Shown here piece by piece: positions 25,986 through 38,632 of a DNA stretch of 64,000 nucleotides; positions within the stretch are counted from its first letter, which is position 1; each line of letters begins with the position of its first letter. This DNA comes from Eledone cirrhosa (lineage: Eukaryota): NCBI GenBank assembly GCA_964016885.1, contig OZ024741.1, forward strand, positions 22,940,001 to 23,004,000, read 5' to 3'. Under the pieces are notes generated by a model. The model saw nothing but the letters and a program-made list of their open reading frames with translations, was not told where the DNA came from and did no database searches. The position numbers were made by a program, and so were the translations under genes.

Positions 25986-27501
25986 CTGCCAATGGTGTAA
26001 GGGAGAATACTTTTGAAAAGAAAACGTATTTACGAACTGTGAGATATTCCGAGATATAACAAATTAGATTATCTAGTATTTTCCTCTAGTTTTTACCCCC
26101 AGGTAATGCCAGCACTGATGACTTTCACCTCAAAGGTGACATCTACCTGTTAATTGGAGATGCTGGTTTCAAGTTTTAGGAGAGTCTCATATAACAAATA
26201 TATACAATTAAATAGAATGTGTGATCAATTGTTACACTGGTAAACGATTAAGTAAGCTAAGAGTGAGAGATAGATTGACAGACACGGAAACACAGAGTGA
26301 GAGAGACGGGAAGATAGACAGACTGATAGATAGCAGAATAGATAGATAAATTGACCTTGCGATCATGAGCAGAACAGCCTAACTATTTACATTCTACTTC
26401 TGCATTGAAGTTAAACATAGTGAAATATTTGGCAATTTAAAACATAGTGAAATATTTGAAAAATCTCCTCAAGAAAGCTTTCTTGTGTTGAAGTTAAACA
26501 TATATATATATATATACTTTTGAAAAGAAAACGTAGTACTGTGATCCTTGTGATTTCCAGATATACAACCACTGACACTGTTACGAAGACCAGAAAACCA
26601 TACTCCATATATTGAACCAATTGATTGATTTGTGCGACCAAAATAACACGAAACACATATTGAACTAGGAATAGTGGATCCTCCGTCAATGTCCGGGTGA
26701 GCAAAAATAGATTTCTATCTGCATTGGAATTTACAAACTTGTGCATCTGCTGTGGTGTCAAAAACAAACGCACATGACCGCACAAATAAACAATGGACCA
26801 TGCCACGTGGCTTGAACCCGTAAGTGAATTGAAGGTTCTGCAACTCTGATACACAGATTATTTATTATTAAGATGTATAAACTTGACATAACTATTATCA
26901 TCTTATATTCTCTCAACTAATCACACTTGATCATATTTCTCTATCCCGTTTTCTCCCCCCATAATTATTATATTTTTATTATTATTTGAAAAAATCGGTT
27001 TTTTTACATTGTGTTTTCCCCTCCAAATATTCGCTTATATTTCTTTATATATTCTCTATATATTTTTTTTATCTTTATTATTTCCACTTTTATCCTCCTT
27101 TATATTTTACCTTATTCTTACTTTTATACCTTATTATAGTGTAATCTTCCCCATGCCTTATTATACACTATTAATTATAGATTATTACTCTTTTTCCATT
27201 TCTAATTACCTCATGTACTTTCTCCTCCGCTATATGTATATATGTATTCTACGCCCTTTGTGTTTGTGTAGCCTCTGCGCACCCTCTGCACCATACTATC
27301 GACGCCACCCCATCTATGGTTCAGCTAACCACCCGACTCCCGGGAATGAATATGACCGCAGCTAGTAAACAAGGACCCACACCCCACCCTCCCGCACCAA
27401 AATTAGACTTATCGTCCCCTACTTTTGCTCTTTACTCTCTTTACTCTTTGTTCTTGAATGTTTGGTTGGTAGAGTCCATAACACCAATCAAACCCCTTTT
27501 A

Positions 27502-27550
27502 TAGCTCTGACGAATCCTACGGTTACGTAAGGAAGAAACATTGTAAGCCA
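27502..27550 (+). ncRNA. minimal type-I hammerhead ribozyme (PLE-type), slightly degenerate
   Basis: TAGCT-CTGACGA-ATCCTAC GGTTAC GTAAGGAA-GAAA-CATTG-TA-AGCCA, followed by AATAAA. Confidence 0.65.
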
Positions 27551-27698
27551 ATAAAAATCTTTTGATGTTGTAGACGCTCTTGTGTTCTTTTTCATATATA
27601 CGGCTCTGCTCCAAAGCATAGAGCTAATTATTATGCTGCCAATACCTTAATGAGACACGGGTATACAATACCTAACTCCTATTAACCTAAGTATTTAT

Positions 27699-27729
<31 letters not shown>

Positions 27730-27883
27730 AATTAATTTTTTTAAATTTTCTTATTTTACGTCTTTTATATTATTGTTCTGCATCCTCCTGCATTGAACCA
27801 CCTAGGTACTATGACATAACCTGTGTATTTGCTAGCATTAGCGTACATCTGTACGCATATGTTAGTAGATATACTAAATTCTC

Positions 27884-27929
<46 letters not shown>

Positions 27930-27949
27930 CATGTGTATGTGTGTGTGTT

Positions 27950-28031
<82 letters not shown>

Positions 28032-28338
28032 TATATATATAAATACAAATATAAATTACCGAGAATCGTATTTCAGCTCAGGAATTAACGAAAATCAACG
28101 TCCGATATGTGTGGCAAGCGCTCGATGATTCATGTGAATCAGAGCTACAACATACGTTAAGGGCCAAACACACTGAGATGATGGTTAAACATATCATCCG
28201 CACAGCCAAAACAAACGACCAAGTAATTCGGGTCAAACAATAAAAATATATGTGTTGATACTTTCCCGGACCCTGGACTGATGGTAAAATCCAGTATATA
28301 TCTATATATATATATACACACATTTAAGTATGTGCACT

Positions 28339-28378
<40 letters not shown>

Positions 28379-28426
28379 AGTGCACATACTTAAATATGGA
28401 ATGTTACGTGATGAGCCCCCCCCCCC

Positions 28427-28455
<29 letters not shown>

Positions 28456-28457
<2 letters not shown>

Positions 28458-29325
28458 AGCCCCGGCGGACAGGATGGAGAAGGCGTTTCCCCGGAGGATG
28501 GCAAGGGAAACTCGCTGGAAAAGCCACTCCAACTCGCGGGGCGCACACCTGCTGCTGGCCAGCTCAGCGCCTATGGTGGTGAGTAGGGAGGTAGCCCTAG
28601 GGCTGAGGACACCAGAAGTCTCCACTGCCAGGGGTACAACCGCAAACCTGTCAGAGAGCGACCGGTATTTGAGGAATTTGGCCCGATGTACCCGACGTGC
28701 AGCAGAACCTGGGTTAGTTGCAGACTGCACCAGGTTGTGGCTGCAGAAAATGTCGGTACAAGTAGCATCCCAGACGAGGGGTTTGCCACCGCGGAATGGG
28801 ACGATAGTCATGCCATCTGGCCTTTTGCCGTCCCCTCGGTCCAGCCCCACCGGCTCGAGCTGGGAAGGGAAGCTCGCAGCGTCCAAGCCATGCTTTATGA
28901 CCTCGTTGAGGGCAGCCTGGCGTAGAAGGCAGCTGGCACTGTGGCGACAGGAAAGCGGGTGGAGGCCGAAAGAGTCCACAGTGAATCCGCAGCGACATTG
29001 GTGTGGCTCGCAGATCCAGAGACCGAGCGTCAAGGAAACGCCGATGTTCAGGCTATAGTTGTCTAGCTGCGTGCCAGTGGAGAAGGAGAGCAGAGCATGG
29101 AGCCAGGCACCAGTGTGGGGTTTGGAGGCTGCACGAAAGCAGGCAAGGCGGTGCTGGTCGAGCTGGCGCGTGAGCCTGTCTGAGACCAGGCTGCACTGGA
29201 TGGCATCCCAAGTGCTTTGGGAGGATTTGACGTCAACAGGGGGAGAAGGAGGAGGGACTCTACGGGGCTAAGTCCCAGCCGGTCCCACGTCTCACAGGCG
29301 GCCTCGCGTTCTCTGAACACAGAGG
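28456..29325 (-). mobile_element. CRE-like non-LTR retrotransposon fragment (zinc knuckle plus restriction-like endonuclease), GC-rich
   Basis: CRCG...HPLSC, LEPVGL, KRPDG and VWDATC motifs. Stop codon at ~29056. Related 3' ends at 29755-29960 and 44646-44715 (LSLAITHNN..LLACLK). Confidence 0.8.
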
Positions 29326-30161
29326 GTTCTATTGGTGGGGAATTGATGGTCGTTTTTGTTTTTGTTTCCCTTTTTTTCTTCTTTCTCTCGCTTTGATCAT
29401 ATATTTTGGTGTATTGTATTTGTAAGGTTCCTTGTAATAGTTAATTGTATTTATTATATGTGTTTATATCTAAAAAATACGTTTATTGTCAATACATGTG
29501 TTTCACTCACAAAGTTGGCTTAAAACCCTTGATAATTACATAAATATGAAAAAGAAAGATTAAAACAAAATTAAGTAATGAGAAAATGGGGCAGGTGTAA
29601 AGAAGGGAAGGTCTAGTTGTATGGTTAAAAAGAGGAAAGGATAATAAATGCCAAAATATATGACCAGAGCGAGAGCAAGAAAAAACAGGGAAACAAAAAC
29701 GACCATCAATTCACCACCAAGTGTGACAATCAGTTACACATCACATCACAAGGGTCAATGGAACATTTTGAGGCAAGCCAATAAGCTCGCAGTATTATTG
29801 TGGGTGATGGCGAGGCTAAGGCGCTGAAACAACCAAGTGCCCTCAGGGATATCACCTGACACCTTGGTAAGGTGAGCCCCCAACAATGACCAGAACTTCG
29901 CTGTCAGCAGCCCAGCTCCATCAAACGTCTCGAACACCACAGGCTGGAAAAATGAATTGATAGATAGTGAAAGAATTGTGAACAATTTGTAATGTTATTT
30001 ATACAACTGTGAATAAAATTAAAAAGAAGTACGTACATGTAATTAATTTTCTTTTGTTGTCACGGGTGGTGTAGTGTTATAAAAATAGATTATTTTGACA
30101 TTATTATATATATGTAGAAGGTGAGTAATATTGTAGAACAATAAAACTATGCATATATCAG

Positions 30162-30220
<59 letters not shown>

Positions 30221-30573
30221 TGCAACTGTTCACTTTTAAGCTCAATGAAGAATTAATAAGTTAAAATCAAAAAATCAGAGCATTATATCATAAAACGTGT
30301 CTATAGAATCAATCAGATATTAAAATATATACTATTTCTTCCTCTAATCAGCATAATTAACCATATACATAATCAAATCCAGCAAGCTTTAAGAGTAAAT
30401 TTTCTAACTGGGAAATCTCCGACAAATAATTGACCGCAGCCAGTTCGCGTTAACTCCGTTCCATTATTTATCAAACACTTCGGCAGCATGCAGAATCCGA
30501 TCAAACATATCGTCAACCGCACGTAATTAGTAGTAAAATTAAACTTAGAAGAAATGCGCACATACCGTAATTA

Positions 30574-30654
30574 TATCTCGACCATGGTTTCTTCCTTGTT
30601 TAGGACATCCAAATAATATGGACTGTCCCGAGTCAGGATTATCATCAGGAGACA
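30574..30654 (-). ncRNA. type-I hammerhead ribozyme, copy 1 (GUC cleavage site)
   Basis: Minus strand reads TGTCTC-CTGATGA-[T AA TCCT GACTC GGGACA G TCCA TATTATT TGGA TGTCCT AAACA AGGA A]-GAA-ACCATGGT-C-GAGATA. Core is intact, stems I and II pair, stem III is palindromic. Confidence 0.88.
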
Positions 30655-31257
30655 AACTCAGAAATAGAATTTAATTTCTCGGACAGACCCCGCCAAATTT
30701 AGATTAAAAAATGGCTAAGATCGCTATGTAGCTGTGTACCAGCCAGAGAGAAAACGTGTGATTGGTCGCTTACGGCGGGTAGGCATGCTGCTAGAAAGCG
30801 CAGCCATATATCGCCAAATTTAATCTCAACCGATAGGGAAATTATTAAATATAGAGGTTATCACATACATTAAATTAAATTAAATCAATGATACATATAT
30901 GTGTTGCAACTGTTCACTTTTAAGCTCAATGAAGAATTAATAAGTTAAAATCAAAAAATCAGAGCATTATATCATAAAACGTGCCTATAGAATCAATCAG
31001 ATATTAAAATATATACTATTTCTTCCTCTAATCAGCATAATTAACCATATACATAATCAAATCCAGCAAGCTTTAAGAGTAAATTTTCTAACTGGGAAAT
31101 CTCCGACAAATAATTGACCGCAGCCAGTTCGCGTTAACTCCGTTCCATTATTTATCAAACACTTCGGCAGCATGCAGAATCCGATCAAACATATCGTCAA
31201 CCGCACGTAATTAGTAGTAAAATTAAACTTAGAAGAAATGCGCACATACCGTAATTA

Positions 31258-31338
31258 TATCTCGACCATGGTTTCTTCCTTGTTTAGGACATCCAAATAA
31301 TATGGACTGTCCCGAGTCAGGATTATCATCAGGAGACA
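31258..31338 (-). ncRNA. type-I hammerhead ribozyme, copy 2 (identical to copy 1, offset 684 nt)
   Basis: Same sequence as 30574-30654. Confidence 0.88.
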
Positions 31339-31653
31339 AACTCAGAAATAGACATTTAATTTCTCGGACAGACCCCGCCAAATTTAGATTTAAAAATGGC
31401 TAAGATCGCTATGTAGCTGTGTACCAGCCAGAGAGAAAGCGTGTGATTGGTCGCTTACGGCGGGTAGGCATGCTGCTAGAAAGCGCAGCCATATATCGCC
31501 ATATATCGCTTTCTAGCAGCATGCCTACCCGCCGTAAGCGACCAATCACACGCTTTCTCTCTGGCTGGTACACAGCTACATAGCGATCTTAGCCATTTTT
31601 GAATCTAAATTTGGCGGGGTCTGTCCGAGAAATTAAATGTCTATTTCTGAGTT

Positions 31654-31708
31654 TGTCTCCTGATGATAATCCTGACTCGGGACAAAGGAAGAAACCATGG
31701 TCGAGATA
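31654..31708 (+). ncRNA. type-I hammerhead ribozyme, copy 3 (inverted; 26-nt deletion in stem II)
   Basis: TGTCTC-CTGATGA-TAATCCTGACTCGGGACAAAGGAA-GAAA-CCATGG-TC-GAGATA. Confidence 0.82.
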
Positions 31709-31991
31709 TAATTACGGTATGTGCGCATTTCTTCTAAGTTTAATTTTACTACTAATTACGTGCGGTTGACGATATGTTTGATCGGATTCTGCATGCTGCC
31801 GAAGTGTTTGATAAATAATGGAACGGAGTTAACGCGAACTGGCTGCGGTCAATTATTTGTCGGAGATTTCCCAGTTAGAAAATTTACTCTTAAAGCTTGC
31901 TGGATTTGATTATGTATATGGTTAATTATGCTGATTAGAGGAAGAAATAGTATATATTTTAATATCTGATTGATTCTATAGACACGTTTTA

Positions 31992-32055
<64 letters not shown>

Positions 32056-32058
<3 letters not shown>

Positions 32059-32482
32059 AAGGTTTTATTTAAAATTGTTGGGTTACAACAAGTAAATATT
32101 TTATAACTGATATAAAGCACTCGACAAGTTTTTGGAGTAAGTAAATTCTTTCAACTATGTTAGTTCAACCTCGACAGAATTTAAACTTCGCTTCAATAAT
32201 CATAAGAATTCTTTCACAGATCCAAACAAAAAATCCTCAACTTCGCTATCAAGCCTACTCTGGCAACTTAAACGAGATAATGTTGAGTATTCGATGTTTT
32301 GGAATATTGTCTCAAAGGGAATTCCCTTTAATTCCTCATCAGAGACATGTGATCTCTGTGTGGAGGAGGTATTCTTTATATTAAAGTCCAAAAATTCCCT
32401 TAATTTAAGGAGCAATTTATTCAGTTGCTGCAGACATAGATTGAACTCAACGTTTAAATATAAATATAATTTTAAAATGTAG
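32056..32482 (+). mobile_element. Penelope-like element 3' fragment (GIY-YIG endonuclease C-terminus); AT-rich 3' UTR probably extends to ~33300
   Basis: FNYVSSTSTEFKLRFNNHKNSF..STSLSSLLWQLK..YSMFWNI..CDLCVEE..LNLRSNLFSCCRH. Confidence 0.85.
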
Positions 32483-33529
32483 TATAATTAATTAAGAAAT
32501 TTAGTTAATATATGAAACCTGACGATAAATCATTTGATTCCTTCACCTTTTTCTTTTTAAACCTTCTTCCTAAATATAAACAAAGATGTAATAAACTACT
32601 CTAAAGTGTATATGCTCCCAATGTATTAAATAAATTTTACGCAAGATAAATTTCTATACTAAATATAAGGGCATCCGTAGAATCACTGGGTCTTCTAAAT
32701 CTTTTAAATAATTTTTGTTAAATAATTTTTGGTTTTTATTTGTTATTTGACTCTGATAGCTTATAACTAACTTTGCAATATATTGTTTGAAGTATGGGAA
32801 GGGTACATTTCTGTAGTAAATATATGAAGCATATTGTTTTTGGCCTGAGATACTCTATAATGTGTTGAAAGTATTTTAATGTTTTGATGTTTCTGTGCTG
32901 ATATATTGATATTTGATTATCTCTATACAAAGACCATATGTGTATTAACATGCATATAGAAGGTTTATAGAGTTTATTTTATGTGTTCATGTGTCTGTAT
33001 ATGTGCGTAGAGATGCTGGTAAACTCACGCAGATTTTATATATACATATATATATATATATATATAGGTATGGTTTTGTATATGTTACAGATATGCATAA
33101 TATTAAATACATAAACGGTAATCATATATGTGAGAACATGAATATTAATCGTATATTTATGTATATATACAGTGAAATTTTTATAACACAAGAAATTTTT
33201 TGTATGACACAAGAAATTATAAGGTTGATCAGGTGAAGTCATGTGTATGTCTATATTATTGACTAGAGTTAGACATAATTTTCTATTTTTTCTTTTTTCA
33301 GAAAGTACATATACGTGTATATATATATACATATATATTTCCGTATTTTTATAAATAGGGTAATTTTTTTAAGGTTTACGTACATGTAATCAATTTTCTT
33401 TTGTTGTCACGGGTGGTGTAGTGTTATAAAAATAGATTATTTTGACATTATTATATATATGTAGAAGGAGAGTAATATTGTAGAACAATAAAACTATGCA
33501 TATATCAGATAATATATATTTATATATAT

Positions 33530-34359
<830 letters not shown>

Positions 34360-34369
34360 TCACACGTTA

Positions 34370-34562
34370 ATAATTGTTTCTACTTATGGCACAAGGCCAG
34401 CAATTACCTAACACATTACTGGTACTTTATTTTATCGACCCCGTAAGGATGAAAGGCAAAGTTAACCTCGACGGGATTTGAACTCAGACCGTAAAGGGAC
34501 TGTAATTCACCAGAGCGGTGAATTGGCAGTATCGATAGAGGGTTGGACGCTATGCTAGAAAG
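34370..34562 (-). mobile_element. family-A SINE fragments
   Basis: Reverse-complement SINE body at 34370-34500, followed by a + strand head fragment. Confidence 0.75.
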
Positions 34563-34642
34563 CATCTCCAATTAACAGGTAGATGTCACCTTTCAGGTGT
34601 TAGGGGCGAAGATCATCAATGCTGACATTATCTGGGGGTAAT

Positions 34643-37395
34643 AAGTGAAAAAAGTAAAAATAATGAATTGTTTGCGAACATAAAAGTGCCCAATATTAAA
34701 AAAGCAAGAGGGTATTTTTTTTTATTTATATAGTAGACAAACAACACTTCTAAAGTGTCTACAAAGATGATAGAAAGAGGAGCTAAGGATTTGAATGACC
34801 CGAAGGTAACCCGAATTTAATTAAAATTTTAAAATTTTGAGGAAGACCTGCCAGTTAGACTGATTGCTCCATCTAAATCGGATATTGGAGTAATCAGTAA
34901 GAATATTATTGATAGAATTCTACCTATTCTAAAATTGAGGTCTAAATTGAGCTTGTGGAAGGACACCAATGAAGTGATTGATTGGTTTAAAAATATAGAT
35001 GATAAGAAAAACCACAAATTCATCCAAATGGACATAGCATTACACCTAACGTATTAAATAAGGCTTTATCCTACGCTTACAAGCATACTGATCTAACTGC
35101 GGATGAAATCGATATCATATTAACTGCTAGAAGAACTCTAATTAATTTCAACAATGTGTATTGGACCCGCTCGGATAGAAATAGAAACTTTGACATTACC
35201 ATGGGATCATCGGACTCGGCGCAAGTCACGGATCTTCTGGGGATTTTCATCTTAAATATGGTAAATAGAAAACTGCCGGAGATTACCGGTGGTTTATATA
35301 GGGACGATATTTTATTTACGGTTGTCAAACACAGCAATACAGAACTAAATAGGGTTAAGAAAAATATAATTGAATTCTTTAAAAATTACGACCTTAAATT
35401 AGAGGTTGAAAGTGGTACCAAAATAGTTAATTTCCTTGATGTTACCCTTAACTTAAACTCTAGTTTTTATTACCCTTTCCATAAGCCCAATGAAAACTTA
35501 AATTACGTTAGTTATTACTCTAATCACCCTAAATCTGTGAAAAATGCAATTGTCAATAGTGTACAGAAACGCATAACTAGAATATCTGCTAATAAATCCA
35601 TATTTGATGAAAAAGCAGGATATTACAATGATGCACTAAGAAAGGCAGGTTATAAAAATAATATAGAATATATAGACAATAATAATTCGACTCTTAATCC
35701 TGATAAAAATAATAATATGACTGACATGTATAAACGAAATTAAAAAAATTAAAATTCAAACACCTGTACTGTGAATAAATTGGGGAAAAAACCCAGAACT
35801 AAATCAGTTATATGGTCCCCCCCCCCTGCTTCTGTAGCAATAAAAACACCACTAGCTAATCTATTCTTTAAAGCTTTAGATAATTCCTTCCCTATTCAAC
35901 ATAAATACCGTTCCATATTTAATAGACACACAATTAAGCTTTCTTATTCTACAACTATGAATATGGCCCAAAACATCGCTAAACTAAATAGTAGAATGCT
36001 AAACCAGAATCAGCATAATAGTGTTAAAAATAGTGTTAATATAAATTATAATAATAATAAATCGAAATGTAATTGTAGAAATAAACCAGATTGCCCTCTG
36101 CAAAATAATTGTCTGGATAGAAATTTGGTGTATAAATGCACCGTAAAAGCAAGTAACATCACATACAACTACATAGGGGCAACTTCTTCGACATTTAAAT
36201 CGAGATTTAGGAATCACAAATGCTTTTTTTCGAATCCTAATAGGAAGTCTTCAACTTCTTTATCACAACTTATATGGTCATTAAAAGACAAAATTTAAAA
36301 ATACTCGATTTTTTGGACGAAGCTATGTAATAGTAGAATCTACTCGAATTCGTCTATATCACCTAACTGCAACCTCTGTACTATTAATAATTACTAATTA
36401 TGAAAACTTAATTAACAAAAAAAGTGAATTATTCTCAAACTGCCTTCATAAAGCTTTGTCTACATTCCAAGCCTCGCAAAAAGTCAGGAAAAAACACTAA
36501 ATAAACAGGTTTTAATTTTTGACGTCTCTTATCAACTGTTGTACCTAAAACGTTATAACAGTTTATAAAACTTTAATAATGTTTTATTTTCTATTCATTT
36601 ATGATAGAATTAATGTTAGACTGAAGGGTCCTGTTTAGGTATATAAACATATTATTTGTTAATTTGTTCTCTTGATGAATATGCACACCTTTGGATTATT
36701 TTAGATATATATAAGTTAGATTGGGATCCTTATATATTTGTCTTTGTTTTAAATATATAATTTGGATATATAACTTGTAAGATTACCGGTTATAATTGAA
36801 CCGTAAATCATTCATGCATTTATATATTTTACTCATTTTGAATATGTTTTGGGATTCAGAAAGTTAGATTTGTACATATATATTTTTATATATATTTAGG
36901 TATAAATGTCACAAATCATACTAGTCGACAAATATTAGTCTTTCTTTCCACTGAACTGGATGTAAAACTACAATTATAACATTACTAATAATGATCGTAA
37001 TTATTTATTTATTATATGTATATCGTTTCACTAATACCTATAATACTCTCTCTATATATTTGAACAAATTTGTTTATCTAGTATAATAACATGCTCCTAG
37101 TTACATTTATAAGTAATTTGGATACTCAAATGACTCTCTATTGTTATAATTGTTAGATATTTCCTTAATGTTCTAAATTATATAACGACTTTTACTTAAT
37201 TTAATTTAATTTATTTTAATTAAATTTGGGTTACCTTTGGGTCATTCAAATCCTTAGCTCTTCTTTCTATCATTTTTGTGGACACTTTAGAAGTGTTGTT
37301 TGTCTACTATATAAATAAAAAAAAAACCTCTTGCTTTTTTAATATTGGGCACTTTTATGTTCGCAAACAATTCATTATTTTTACTTTTTTCACTT
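34643..37395 (+). mobile_element. 5'-truncated, degenerate Penelope-like element (RT + GIY-YIG; coding remnant ~34830-36500) with an inverted copy of its 3' region at the 5' end
   Basis: RT motifs PVRLIAPSKS, IQMDI, ITMGS and GLYRDD, plus FLDVTL. Linker CNCx5Cx5C. LVYKC..YIGAT..FKSRFRNHK..CNLC..SELFSNCLH. 34643-34827 is the reverse complement of ~37213-37395. Confidence 0.92.
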
Positions 37396-38632
37396 GTTAT
37401 TTTGTATCTAGTCCTTATCGTTAGGACTCATGAAGTTTTGACTTGTATATTTATAGTATATATATCTATTAAATGATCCTATTACAATAATTGATCTAAA
37501 ACATTAATTTTAACAATATTTTCAGTAATTTATTTATTGTATTGTATTATGTTATGTCTATTTGAGAGGTATCATCTTAAGTCTTTAGATAATATAATCG
37601 TTGTGTATTTTTTTTTATAAACGCACATATGTAATTTAATAATCAGACTTTTTAAAATTTAATTATAAGGCCTGTTGATCCTTTAGGCATTCAAATTGTT
37701 AATCTTAAAATTCTTTAAAAATTACAACTGTAATTGTTTTCTAAATTATTTAATATAAACCGTTTTCAATATAATATAAATAATTTAATATTATATAATA
37801 AATTTAGTAAAGTTTACCTTCGTGAGGTTGTAAAAACATTATGTTTTCTTTCTCGTGTTTGTAAATCCTTTAAATTTGATTTCATAAAATTTGATTTTAG
37901 AAATTAAGTATGATAGTATACTTTAATATTAATACAGATATTTATTAACTTTTATAATCTAAAATATTATTCATTACTCTGAACTAACTTAAATTAAATA
38001 TTTTGAATGTTAACGGTCAACCAGATATATTTGGATATATATTGTATATATGGATAATTGTCTAAAGACTTGGTATTAACCTTCATATGAATAAACACAA
38101 TTATATTTAAAATTCCGATTGATGAATATTTTTAGATATTTCAATAATTCAATAAATTGAGGTTTTTTCCTTTTTCCTTTTTCCTAAAGCTAAGCCCAAA
38201 TGCTGTTTTAATTTAATATCTCCCTATATTATTAATAAAGTACCAGTAATGTACTGGGTAATTGCTGGCCTTGTGCCATAAAATAGAAACAATTATTACA
38301 CTATATAAGTTATTCCTCTTTATCTCTCTCTCTGTAATCAACTCTCCTTTGTTTTCTAGGCTCCTACTAGCTATATTATCCCCTCATCTGTTTCTTCCTC
38401 TATGCCTTTCTTTTCTTTCCTCTTTCTTCAGTAATTTAAATTATATAACAGTTATATTGCTGCCATGTATTTTTTAAGCTTTCTCACACGTACCCTCTCT
38501 ATTGTATGTATTATGTGTTTTTCTCATGTTTTCAATATTAAGGTATATAAATATTGGATTTTGTCATATATTACTCACTACCATGACTGAATCTTAACCA
38601 TCTACTATGTCAGGGTATGTCATGCATCATCT

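Larger units (their letters stand above)
30211..31997. repeat. two direct ~684-bp units (30211-30895, 30896-31500) followed by a ~490-bp inverted copy (31507-31997); PLE pseudo-LTR or retrozyme-like
   Basis: The same 62-aa ORF appears at 30373(-), 31057(-) and 31721(+). Each unit carries a hammerhead ribozyme. Confidence 0.95.

Noticed and set aside
26100-26165. CTGATGA motif, with an inverted relative at ~34560-34640, as a hammerhead
   Set aside because: No pairing stem I and no valid NUH cleavage site; treated as a dispersed repeat fragment.
26411-26854. 147-aa ORF
   Set aside because: No recognisable domain or splice context; identity unresolved.
30373-30561. 62-aa ORF present in three identical copies
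   Set aside because: Identity comes from recent DNA duplication. It has a non-ATG start and no known motif, and the unit is better explained as a ribozyme-bearing non-coding repeat.
35771-36500. Selenocysteine recoding, as reported for some Naiad PLEs
   Set aside because: The conserved Cys positions are TGT/TGC and the interruptions are TAA stops or frameshifts.
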